Positions 18,739-26,913 of a stretch of DNA of 64,000 nt are shown piece by piece. Made by a program: the position numbers and the translations under genes. The stretch lies in the IMG/VR virus record IMGVR_UViG_3300005343_000007; one strand, written 5' to 3'. The notes beneath the pieces are model-generated. The model was not told where the DNA came from. It was given only the letters and a program-made list of their open reading frames with translations, and made no database searches. Source of the DNA: an uncultured virus (IMG/VR IMGVR_UViG_3300005343_000007). Taxonomy: Duplodnaviria > Heunggongvirae > Uroviricota > Caudoviricetes. The first letter of the stretch is position 1, and each line of letters opens with the position of its first letter.

Positions 18739-19574
18739 TCGTAAATCTCCACAAGTGGTATTTCTTCGTTTCTGAGCGGGACGCCTTGCGTAATCCCGTT
18801 GATTTTTCCGTTGGATAGCTCGGAGCGGATTTCGTTGAATTTGGAAGAGAAGCCTGCAATCGAAACGGCGAATTTGCATAGGGTGTATCCGTCTCCCTTG
18901 ATATCCGCTCTCTCCCATGCAGATATGGCGAGGTTGATGAGTTGTTGAGGGGTAAGGCCAGATTCGCCCACCAGCTTTAGTGCCGCTACGGCATCTTTGG
19001 CCCCTCCGTGAAGATATTGGCATTTGCGGTGCTTTTGAAAAGCTTCGATCCAAAGCTGGCGAAAAACCTTGGCGTCGGCCTTTGCCGCGCCATTTTTCTC
19101 TACTATGTTCTCTTCTTTTCTTTCTTCTATTATCTCTATTCCACCTGTGGGTGGAGGCAGCATCCATTCAGGAGTGGAGGCAGCATCCACTGGCGGGTGG
19201 AGTCTGCTTCCACCTGTGGGTGGAATCTGGTATTTATAAGTTTTCCTCTTTTGTACGCCGTTGGCCGCAGAGATTCGGATTTCCGTCTTCTCCTCTGGGG
19301 TGGTCGCGCGAATCCACCGCTTCCTTCCGTTGAATTTGATCGTTTTGATATACCCTCTTTCCGTCAGCTTGCAGAGTTGGTTTGAGATGCTTTTATCGGA
19401 TGAGGAAAACAACTGAGCGAAATACCCATTGGAGGCATAGCAGCCCTCGCCTTGATCCAGGGCTTGCACTTCCGCAAATAAACACTTCTCCATCCACGTC
19501 AATTCCTTGTCCTCCCAAACAACCCTCGGAATCCACACCCCCGTAAATACGCGTTTCGGTTCTTCGGCTTTCAT
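18735..19574 (-). CDS. Replication initiator (N-terminal winged HTH, lambda O-like layout)
   Basis: FTGVWIP...GCYASNGYFAQLF...ISNQLCKL..GYI; internal iterons; followed by the DnaC-like gene. Confidence 0.8.
   Translation of the reverse strand: MKAEEPKRVFTGVWIPRVVWEDKELTWMEKCLFAEVQALDQGEGCYASNGYFAQLFSSSDKSISNQLCKLTERGYIKTIKFNGRKRWIRATTPEEKTEIRISAANGVQKRKTYKYQIPPTGGSRLHPPVDAASTPEWMLPPPTGGIEIIEERKEENIVEKNGAAKADAKVFRQLWIEAFQKHRKCQYLHGGAKDAVAALKLVGESGLTPQQLINLAISAWERADIKGDGYTLCKFAVSIAGFSSKFNEIRSELSNGKINGITQGVPLRNEEIPLVEIYE
19092..19224. repeat. Replication origin: four iterons plus an A/T-rich tract
   Basis: TCCA(C/T)-N6-GTGGA units at 19140, 19163, 19186 and 19209 (23-bp period), next to a pyrimidine/AT-rich tract at 19092-19139, inside the initiator gene. 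Confidence 0.8.
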
Positions 19575-19923
19575 CTGTAAACACTTAGGCCGATCTTCAA
19601 CTCCAAGGTTGTCCCCGCCCAAGAAAATGCGGCAGTGGAGAGAAGACCGGCCTGAATGTTTATGATTGAATTCAATGTACTTGGACTTTATCGCCGGACA
19701 AAGGCGTTGCTTATGGTTCGCGTATTACACCCTATGCGGCGCGCATTGGCAATACCCTTTTGAAAGAAAGTTCCCGAGCCTCACAACGCGACTACACCCT
19801 CGCATTGGCCGCATGGTTTGCTGATCCACAAACCACCGATGCGAAACCCCAGATAGGACGTTCACTCCATTGCCATAGCAAGCCATTTGCAAGGGTTCCA
19901 GAGGACTCGGGAAGATGAAAAAG

Positions 19924-19969
19924 AAAGCCCACTCGATGAGTCTGAGCAAGAGGCAATCGAGTGGGCTTT
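19924..19969 (-). terminator. Long inverted repeat; possible terminator or attenuator upstream of the initiator
   Basis: AAAGCCCACTCGAT-N18-ATCGAGTGGGCTTT, followed by a T-rich run on the minus strand. Confidence 0.45.
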
Positions 19970-20084
19970 TATACCGGGCTTTCACCGAAAAGGCAACCCT
20001 GGCCCGTTCCGGCGCGCTTACCATGAGCAATGAGAAGCTTGCGTACTAGGGCCAAGGTCAGGGGAAGGATTGCAGAAGCCGTGC

Positions 20085-20603
20085 TTATTGGCAAGACATT
20101 ATTTCGGGAATGGTGTCTTGTGGAACATAAAGAGGGTGCTGCGGGCTTCCGTCTTTATTCCTACGAAGGGCGTAGAGGCTTGGGATCATACCCATGACGG
20201 CCTTATCCCTTCCCATAAAAGCGCCGTGATTACCCCATGCGGCCAGGATCATTCCAGCCTCCCGAGCGCATTTCATTAGCCATTGGTCGTTATCTGGTCC
20301 GATGGGGTCGGCTTGCGCCATCATGCCTGATGGTTGCGTGTCGCGATAGGCGAAAAGATTCGTCATGCATAGAGCGCCAAACCCCCATTGCTTTGCAAAA
20401 CTCACGCAACGCCTTATTGTGGGGTCGTCCAACTTCTCATCTGCCGTTGACGGATTGAGTCCTATCACCATTAAATATTCATCCAGCCGCTGCCCCCTTT
20501 CGCCATCGTTGCATCCGTCGAATAAATCTCCCGTTGATTCGATTGATCGCCAAAGCGTATAGCGGTATTTACGGCATTGGCTAAACTCGCATTGTTTTTT
20601 CAT
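20085..20603 (-). CDS. DUF1643 protein
   Basis: YRYTLWR...IGLNPSTAD..DDPTIRRC...NLFAYR...AAWG...PQHPLY. Confidence 0.88.
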   Translation of the reverse strand: MKKQCEFSQCRKYRYTLWRSIESTGDLFDGCNDGERGQRLDEYLMVIGLNPSTADEKLDDPTIRRCVSFAKQWGFGALCMTNLFAYRDTQPSGMMAQADPIGPDNDQWLMKCAREAGMILAAWGNHGAFMGRDKAVMGMIPSLYALRRNKDGSPQHPLYVPQDTIPEIMSCQ

Positions 20604-20605
20604 GG

Positions 20606-21124
20606 CTATCTTGTTATTTGCCAAACACCGTCAATCTTCTCCCAAAACTCAAAACGGAATAGGGGCCAATTGGCTTTGGCGGCTCGGTATTTCACCAAGT
20701 CCTGTTTCCAGCAATAGGCTCCCTTTACCTCAATCAGCAACAGACGGATGGCGGCTGCCAAGCCCGCGTGATCGTCGGATGACATTTCCACTTTTTGCAC
20801 CACGGTAAAATCCGGGGTATACCTCATTCCGTCCGCCCATCGGAGGGTGATTCCCTCATAATCGAAGCTAACGATTTCCCCGCGATTCACGCGCGCCTGA
20901 AGCAAAAAGGAGAATTCAGCCTCGATCTTGTTCATTTCCCGCCGTTTTTTGCCCTTCCTGCCCGTTGTGGGCGTTTTTACCCCGCTTGGGGCGCAATGCC
21001 CCTCCGATCCCGCCAAAGTGGCTACACGGGGCGCTGGTTGCGCCAAATGGGGGTTTAAGCGCCTCATTGTCTCCGATTTTTGCGCCATCATAAGCGCATC
21101 CGTTTCGGTGAGGGGCTGGCGCAT
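20606..21124 (-). CDS. PD-(D/E)XK endonuclease (DUF1064-like)
   Basis: MNKIEAEF...YTPDF...IEVKG. Confidence 0.7.
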   Translation of the reverse strand: MRQPLTETDALMMAQKSETMRRLNPHLAQPAPRVATLAGSEGHCAPSGVKTPTTGRKGKKRREMNKIEAEFSFLLQARVNRGEIVSFDYEGITLRWADGMRYTPDFTVVQKVEMSSDDHAGLAAAIRLLLIEVKGAYCWKQDLVKYRAAKANWPLFRFEFWEKIDGVWQITR

Positions 21125-21465
21125 CACCTCGGAAGGTAAATGAACACCACCAACCCGCGTTTGCGGGCCTCGGAAATCATATTGGCGGTCCCACGGCTTT
21201 TGCCGTCCCAAATCGCCACCAGGGCGTCCGCGTATTTTGCCATCTCAGCATTGCGCCTATGCCCCGCGCTTTTTCCGTAGGTATCCCAATCGGCAGGGAA
21301 TCGTTTAACCGGCCTGCCTTGCACGCTGGCCCAAAGCTCGCCTCCTTGATCGACGCCGCGAGCGGTGCCGGAAACTACCTCCGTTACTTCCTCGGCGTAT
21401 TCTCGCATGGCGCGACAAACTTCCTCGTATCCGTAACATCTTGAGCCCGCAATGATCGTCTTCAT
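21124..21465 (-). CDS. SLOG/YspA-like (DUF2493) protein
   Basis: MKTIIAGSR...VVSGTARGVD...FPADW..GKSAG.RRN...WDGKSRGT. Confidence 0.85.
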   Translation of the reverse strand: MKTIIAGSRCYGYEEVCRAMREYAEEVTEVVSGTARGVDQGGELWASVQGRPVKRFPADWDTYGKSAGHRRNAEMAKYADALVAIWDGKSRGTANMISEARKRGLVVFIYLPR

Positions 21466-21486
21466 AATTAACAAATTTTACAATTA
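21465..21486. repeat. 22-bp palindromic site 11
   Basis: TAATTAACAAATTTTACAATTA; stop-to-ATG junction. Confidence 0.88.
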
Positions 21487-21873
21487 TGTAAAGCGGCGCG
21501 TTATCCGGGGCATCAGGAAGGCAACGTACTCGATGGAGGCTATGCGCGGCGGTCCTCCCGTGAGCGGATCGAAGGTGCAAATAAATTGATCGCCCTCGCA
21601 TCGTCCAACCACGGCGTGATTTACCCCGCTCTCGGTGTGCCCAATCAGCAGGCACTCCACGGAATACGAGATCTGAAACCAGGGCATATTCTCGGGTAGG
21701 GACACCATCACGAATTGCAGTCCCATCGAGCAAAGCCAATCCTGTAAAGCTGCCCACCAGCTTGCATCGTCCATTTCGTGAAAGCGGGGAACGTCCTCGA
21801 TCTTGATTTCCAGCAAGCTCGACAAGCAGGCTGACAGGCATTCTTGGTTGTCTCGCTGTAGAGCCGGAATCAT
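21484..21873 (-). CDS. Hypothetical protein, papain/C39-like pattern
   Basis: Q...ECLSACLSSLL...HAVV...FDP. Confidence 0.5.
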   Translation of the reverse strand: MIPALQRDNQECLSACLSSLLEIKIEDVPRFHEMDDASWWAALQDWLCSMGLQFVMVSLPENMPWFQISYSVECLLIGHTESGVNHAVVGRCEGDQFICTFDPLTGGPPRIASIEYVAFLMPRITRRFT

Positions 21874-22493
21874 AAAAGGTGTTTCCAGTTTCGACCTATT
21901 TTAATAAGGCGAATGGCGGATTTATTAACTCCAAACTCTCTTGAGAGAGGAGCCATCCTCTCACCATTAGATATTCTACGCCGAATTTCTATCACTTGGG
22001 ACGGTGTTAGCTTGCACGTGTTAACCTCTTGTCCGCGAGGCACCGTATTGTACCGGCCCTTTTCCCATCTGTCTCTCATATTATCCGAGTTGTCGCCAAT
22101 AAATAAGTGATCCGGATTACAGCAAGCTCCGTTGTCGCAATGATGTAGCACGAACATACCCTCAGGGATTGGGCCTTTAAATAAAATCCAAGAAAGCCGA
22201 TTCCCCTTCACTTGCACTCCTCCAATCGAAATTGATGGGTAGTAATGGCTCTTTGTTAATGGGTGAATTAAGCACCCTCCATTCGGCCTGAGTCTTTTCA
22301 CAAATTTCTCTATGGCAATATTAATTGGCGTTGAGGTTGTTCCTCCGCTTGGTGGGCGCGTCCTTTTTTTGCTTCTTAGGTCTGCCTCCCATCGCCCCGT
22401 TCTTCCGCACGGCCTCCGCTTTTTTATCTGAGCGCACAGAGCCTCCAAGTCTGCCAAGGGCAACGGCGTGCGGATTTTTTCGAGTAGTTTCAT
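21870..22493 (-). CDS. HNH homing endonuclease
   Basis: VLHHCDNGACCNPDHLFIGDNSDNMRD plus C-terminal HTH; promoter TTGACA-17-TACAAT at 22500-22528. Confidence 0.88.
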   Translation of the reverse strand: MKLLEKIRTPLPLADLEALCAQIKKRRPCGRTGRWEADLRSKKRTRPPSGGTTSTPINIAIEKFVKRLRPNGGCLIHPLTKSHYYPSISIGGVQVKGNRLSWILFKGPIPEGMFVLHHCDNGACCNPDHLFIGDNSDNMRDRWEKGRYNTVPRGQEVNTCKLTPSQVIEIRRRISNGERMAPLSREFGVNKSAIRLIKIGRNWKHLL

Positions 22494-22574
22494 TCATGGA
22501 TTGTAACCAATTCGCTTTGGTTTGTCAACAAATGCAGTCGCCGCGCTCCGAGAGTACCGTCTGGAATTGCGGAA

Positions 22575-22799
22575 TCATTCGGCCACGGTAACCTGCGTCC
22601 TGAAGTCTTCCAGAATGTCGATCACGTCGAGCAGAATGTCCGCTGGAATGATGACCATGCCGGATTTACCGTAGCGGGAGACTTCGCGGATGCGCAGGTA
22701 CGTTCCCCGTTCGTTCTCGCACAGGTCGAAGTAGAATTTCTTCCCCTTTTCTTTGTGTACGATTTGTTCTGAGTCGATTTCGGTTGTTGCTAGTTTCAT
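22575..22799 (-). CDS. PUR-repeat (PurA/DUF3276-like) nucleic-acid-binding protein
   Basis: KKFYFDLCENERGTYLRIREVSR...MVIIPA matches the PUR-repeat pattern. Confidence 0.75.
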   Translation of the reverse strand: MKLATTEIDSEQIVHKEKGKKFYFDLCENERGTYLRIREVSRYGKSGMVIIPADILLDVIDILEDFRTQVTVAE

Positions 22800-22802
22800 T
22801 GG

Positions 22803-23012
22803 TTATTGGTTTTTAAGGATTTCTAACTCGGAATTCAAAACTTCGAATTCATCGAAAACGCAGCACGCAAATGGTAGTACGCATGAAATAGACGCCCCGC
22901 TTCGTACGGGGCATTCGTCGGAATGCTGGTTCTGAAGTAATAAATCTGCACACGCCATGGCGCGCGTTTGATCCATTAAGCCTAGCTTTGTTAAATCAAT
23001 TTGCCTGCTCAT
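22803..23012 (-). CDS. Hypothetical protein
   Basis: MSRQIDL...; ATGA overlap. Confidence 0.45.
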   Translation of the reverse strand: MSRQIDLTKLGLMDQTRAMACADLLLQNQHSDECPVRSGASISCVLPFACCVFDEFEVLNSELEILKNQ

Positions 23013-23287
23013 TGGCGCTTTCGGAATTTGCGTTCTTCGGATTTCTTCAGGCGGTAGATTCTGGCCTTTGGTTTGGTCTTCTTGGCTTCGCGCTCGCAGA
23101 GACGGCGGATATAATCGCAGCACCGCCGAAGATGCTTGCACGGGCGGTTTACATTGAAGACCCACGCGGGGCAGTTGCACCGGCTGCTGTGGGTTTCGTT
23201 CGGTTCAAGGTCGCAGACATACCAAATATCTTTTTTGCTCTCGCTGGAACATAGGAAGAACAACCGGCCCAATGGTTGAACGATCAC
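23009..23287 (-). CDS. SWIM zinc-finger protein
   Basis: CNCPAW...PCKH. Confidence 0.65.
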   Translation of the reverse strand: MIVQPLGRLFFLCSSESKKDIWYVCDLEPNETHSSRCNCPAWVFNVNRPCKHLRRCCDYIRRLCEREAKKTKPKARIYRLKKSEERKFRKRQ

Positions 23288-23496
23288 GGCTTATTCTCCT
23301 CAATTCCGTAACCCTCAAATAAGCCCCCACTAAGCTCTCTGTTTGTTATTCCGAGCCCTTGCAAAAGGTTTTTCACCTGACACGTTCCGCAAAACTGAGA
23401 ATACTTTTTCAGAGTATCATTCCACGGTGGCGCAAAAAGAATTCCGCACCTTTTGCAATTCCACTCATACCCCTTCTCTTCTTTGGTTTCGCTCAT
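23284..23496 (-). CDS. Small zinc-finger protein
   Basis: CKRC...CGTC; promoter GTGACA-16-CATAAT at 23506-23533. Confidence 0.55.
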   Translation of the reverse strand: MSETKEEKGYEWNCKRCGILFAPPWNDTLKKYSQFCGTCQVKNLLQGLGITNRELSGGLFEGYGIEENKP

Positions 23497-23537
23497 GGTT
23501 CCGAGATTATGCCACAACCGTTCCGATTGTCACCCAT

Positions 23538-23559
23538 TAAATGCAAAATTTGTCAATTA
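23538..23559. repeat. 22-bp palindromic site 12
   Basis: TAAATGCAAAATTTGTCAATTA; helicase stop. Confidence 0.88.
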
Positions 23560-25164
23560 TGCGGGCACCAATCCACCCGAACGGAGACGCTGGATTTCGG
23601 CGTTCACTTGTGAGAACGGAACCGTTTCCGGCGCGGTATGTCCAAGGCGCTTTAGGTATTCGGCTTGCTTGAACGTGCAAAGCCCGCGCGTCCTGCGGTC
23701 GATCAGTTCGCCAATCAAGACGCTGGCCGCGCCCTTTGTTTGGATGCCCTCGGGGTTGATTCCAAATCTATGCAAAAGCTGGGCCTGCGGCTGCGATACT
23801 TCCTTTTCCTCCCATTTGGAAACGGGCTCGTAATGGAGCAGCTTGCGGGAATGGAGCAACGCGCCAACGTGCTCGATGGAAAGCACCTTTCCGCCCGTCT
23901 GTGCGGTCGCCCGTTCCAGCCTGCGCACTAGCTGCTGTTCGCGATCCTCCAAAACGCGGCGCGCAATTTCCTGTAAATCCTCGGGGCTGCGAACTTTCTT
24001 GGTGGCTCCGTAAATCGTCTGTGCTTCTTCCTCGGAATTCGCCACGAGATGACCGGGGCGCATTACCCCTAGTTCCCCGTCCTGTAGCAACATATCCAGA
24101 ATGGTAGCGTAGGGCTTCTCACTGGCCGCAATGCATGCTTTCCTTTCCTCGGCTTGATCTTTCTCCGGTAGATGGTCAATGACGCCAGGAAGCACCCGCA
24201 TAACCCTGCCCACAAATTGCTGGTATTTGACCGCCGAACGGGTGGGGGAAAGGTTTAGGTAGCAATCCGCCGTTGGAATATCAACGCCGGTCGAGAGCAG
24301 ATCGGCGCAGCAAATAAGCTGGAAACGCTTCAGGGAGAAGGCGTGTATTATCTCGTGTCGATCCTCGCTTTTGCCGTCAACGTGCCTTGCGGTAATCCCC
24401 TTGGCGCGGCAGATGGTGGCGAAGTCTTTAGAGAGCGCTATCAGCGGAAGCGAGGCGATGATTTGGCTATTGGGAACGTGCTCTTTCAGCAAGTCCACGA
24501 TGGCCTCAAAATAGGGAGCCATCGTGCCCGCAAGGTCCGTGGGGTTGAAATCCTTTCCGTCCACGGAATAGCTCTGCTTGACACCGGAAATATCAATCTC
24601 CACCGGCAGCGTCAAAACCTTCATCGGGGGCGCAAATCCCTCCCCGATCAAATCCAGCATCGGCATCGCGTAAGCTACCGTTTCGTAATACTTGGAAAGG
24701 TCGCGCAAGCCCGCGCGAAAAGGCGTGGCCGTATAGGCGCACACCTTGGCGGAATCGAAGTATTGCACGATTTCCGCCGCCCCGTCCGAGTTGCGGTGCG
24801 CCTCGTCCACGAACAGGAACTTGAAATGATCGCGCGGGAACCGCTCGCGCCTGCCTTCCCGCTTCAGGGTTTGGAGTGATCCAACGACCACCTTGGCATT
24901 TAGGGATGCCTTGTCGCCTGCTTTTTCCAGTGCAGGTATCAACCCCGCAACACGATTGAACCGCTCCAGAGGTTGACGTAAAAGCTCGTCTCGATCCGCC
25001 AGGAACAGGCACTTGCCAATTTCCGCGCATTCCTCGATTTGCTTGGCCGCGATGGAGAGCTTTCCTGCCCCCGTCCCCATCGTCACTAGGACCGTGCGAA
25101 ACTCCTTCCACGCCTCACGGACGGCGTTCTGGGCGTCCCGCTGATAGAATCTCGGAATAAACAT
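23557..25164 (-). CDS. SF2 DEAH-box helicase
   Basis: GTGAGK, VDEAH, TATP, TGVDIP, QFVGRVMR. Confidence 0.9.
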   Translation of the reverse strand: MFIPRFYQRDAQNAVREAWKEFRTVLVTMGTGAGKLSIAAKQIEECAEIGKCLFLADRDELLRQPLERFNRVAGLIPALEKAGDKASLNAKVVVGSLQTLKREGRRERFPRDHFKFLFVDEAHRNSDGAAEIVQYFDSAKVCAYTATPFRAGLRDLSKYYETVAYAMPMLDLIGEGFAPPMKVLTLPVEIDISGVKQSYSVDGKDFNPTDLAGTMAPYFEAIVDLLKEHVPNSQIIASLPLIALSKDFATICRAKGITARHVDGKSEDRHEIIHAFSLKRFQLICCADLLSTGVDIPTADCYLNLSPTRSAVKYQQFVGRVMRVLPGVIDHLPEKDQAEERKACIAASEKPYATILDMLLQDGELGVMRPGHLVANSEEEAQTIYGATKKVRSPEDLQEIARRVLEDREQQLVRRLERATAQTGGKVLSIEHVGALLHSRKLLHYEPVSKWEEKEVSQPQAQLLHRFGINPEGIQTKGAASVLIGELIDRRTRGLCTFKQAEYLKRLGHTAPETVPFSQVNAEIQRLRSGGLVPA

Positions 25165-25378
25165 TGGTGCTCATGGATTTTGACTGATTTTCAGAAAAAG
25201 AAAAGAGTGTCGGTTTTACGTTCCGCCAAACGAACGGAGAGCCCGGCTATTGGATTTTACGTTGTTATCCGCATTTACGAATTCCGAGCTTTCGGGCCGT
25301 GCCTTCTCACGGGGTTGCGGCCATCCCTTTGCTTGTCGCCATCAGGTTTCCCTGAAAAAGCGCGATGGGAGAAATTGC

Positions 25379-25594
25379 TTAATAGTTTCTGCTGCCGATG
25401 GCCTTGCCGACAAGGTGGAGAATGTTGCTCAACTCGGGGTTTTTCTCCAATGCGGAGATGGCGTCGTTCACCTCACTCAGCGAGGATTCGAGGTTTTTGC
25501 GCCGTATGTAGAGATGCTCAATCGGGCTCAGTGGCTTGTGAGTTTCACACTGAGATAGCGTCGATCCGCAGATGTTTTGTGGTGTATCGTACAT
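25379..25594 (-). CDS. Hypothetical protein
   Basis: 71-aa ORF. Confidence 0.5.
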   Translation of the reverse strand: MYDTPQNICGSTLSQCETHKPLSPIEHLYIRRKNLESSLSEVNDAISALEKNPELSNILHLVGKAIGSRNY

Positions 25595-25597
25595 GGT

Positions 25598-25619
25598 AAA
25601 TTAGCAAATTTGTCAATTA
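25598..25619. repeat. 22-bp palindromic site 13
   Basis: AAATTAGCAAATTTGTCAATTA. Confidence 0.95.
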
Positions 25620-25627
25620 TCGGAAAA

Positions 25628-25779
25628 GGTGAAGCGGGCCGGGCGCTACTCCGGCGTAGGCTTTTTCTCCCATTCGTGCGTAATGGGATTAGGATGGTTA
25701 TCCTTGCAAGGTTTCGCACCCCAGCAAGGTATCCGCCTGCAAACCCTTATCGCGTGTCTGCTTCCACGCCGCCGCTTCA
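25628..25779 (-). ncRNA. tRNA-shaped RNA with an expanded central domain
   Basis: Acceptor-like stem TGAAGCGG/CCGCTTCA+CC, D-like arm GCGTG-GAAGCAGA-CACGC, T-like arm GCCGG-AGTAGCGC-CCGGC, ~95-nt multi-hairpin insert. Confidence 0.6.
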
Positions 25780-25791
25780 TTTTGGTAAAGA

Positions 25792-26865
25792 TCAGGTTTT
25801 GACAATCTGAACGTGGAACCCATCGAAATCCAACGAGAAGTTGCCAGCGTGCGCGAGGCAGCGGTTGGCGAGTTCCTCCTTGGTTTTGTCGGAAAGCGTG
25901 TCCTCCATGAATTCCACGGCTTTCTTCAAGCTCATCCGGTTCTGTATCACCAGCGGGGCAGCGCGTTTGATTTGTCCGTCATTGAGTTCCGCGAGCTTGC
26001 CAAGCTCGGAAGCGGAAATGTCAAGCGATCCGTCGAGGATGCCATCGTAAAAGGCTTTCCCCTCTTTTCCGCCGATCACGTTCTTGACGCGAGTGGCGGC
26101 GCGGTCGGCGGCGTCACTGATCGTCCGCGTGGGCTCGGTCGGAAAGGCTGTCTCGGTGGTGGTTGTCTCGCTCGCGGCGGCAGCGTCCAAATCGGGATCG
26201 GCGTCAGGGGCTTCGTAGTTCTCCGCATCGGGCGAAGTTACGGGCAGGTTGGACTTGCCCTTTCCGGCGCTCTTGGAGCCCTTGGCGGGCTTTTTGCCCT
26301 TCTTGGGCTGTGCGGGCGTGCCATCGGCGCGCGGGCGTCCACGGCCCTTCACGCTGGCCTTGGCGACGGGGCGGCACTTCTCCACGAACCACGGGGAAGT
26401 TTTGGTGAGCTTGGCGATGTCGTTGTTGCTCAGATCCTTGGAGCCGGGCAGCGCCAGAATCATCTCCACGGCGTGCTTCTTGTCGGCCTTCGACCGGCGC
26501 TCGCCGTGCTCGGCGTTGGCTCCGGCAGAGTGGCGGATGGCGTCCTCTTTCTCGCCTTCGAGGATTTGCAGCGGGAAGGCACTGAAGCCGTTCTCCACGG
26601 TGGATTCAAGGCGGGTGAACCCTTCGGCCAGGAACACCTTGCCGGAGCCATTGCGGTACGCCTTGCCGGGCGGGAGCGGGTTGTGATCGAGAAGGAAATC
26701 GTCTTCGTTCGCGCCGTCCTTGGCTTTCTCCATGTAGGCTTTCTGCGCCTCTTTCTGATCGTGGGCGTAGTCCTTGATCGCGCTGCTGCTCAGGGAGGCG
26801 CGCGATTGCAGGTCTTTGGTGATAATGTTCTTGATCGGGATTAGCTCGATGTTTTTCTTGCTCAT
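25792..26865 (-). CDS. ParB-family protein with HTH and AT-hook-like segment
   Basis: LQSR...PLPP...LAEGFTRL (ParB N-domain), ANAEHGERRSKADKK, HTH LSNNDIAKLTKTSPWFVEKCR, KGRGRPR. Confidence 0.75.
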   Translation of the reverse strand: MSKKNIELIPIKNIITKDLQSRASLSSSAIKDYAHDQKEAQKAYMEKAKDGANEDDFLLDHNPLPPGKAYRNGSGKVFLAEGFTRLESTVENGFSAFPLQILEGEKEDAIRHSAGANAEHGERRSKADKKHAVEMILALPGSKDLSNNDIAKLTKTSPWFVEKCRPVAKASVKGRGRPRADGTPAQPKKGKKPAKGSKSAGKGKSNLPVTSPDAENYEAPDADPDLDAAAASETTTTETAFPTEPTRTISDAADRAATRVKNVIGGKEGKAFYDGILDGSLDISASELGKLAELNDGQIKRAAPLVIQNRMSLKKAVEFMEDTLSDKTKEELANRCLAHAGNFSLDFDGFHVQIVKT

Positions 26866-26891
26866 GTTCGGGTTTGGTTTGGGTTTGGGTT

Positions 26892-26913
26892 AAATTGACA
26901 AATTTGCTAATTA
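26892..26913. repeat. 22-bp palindromic site 14
   Basis: AAATTGACAAATTTGCTAATTA; ERF stop, upstream of the ParB-like gene. Confidence 0.95.

Noticed and set aside
8433..19167. ORF-track long N-termini (8433-9347, 17980-19167)
   Set aside because: The extensions overlap better-supported upstream genes; internal ATGs at 9104 and 18738 fit the junction and ATGA-coupling patterns
25280..25350. Hammerhead ribozyme (CTGATG...GAAA on the minus strand)
   Set aside because: The core reads CUGAUGG, not CUGANGA, and stems I-III could not be assembled
25628..25779. Canonical tRNA or tmRNA gene
   Set aside because: No TTCRA T-loop, no 7-nt anticodon loop, no G3:U70 alanine identity or tag ORF; kept only as a tRNA-like candidate
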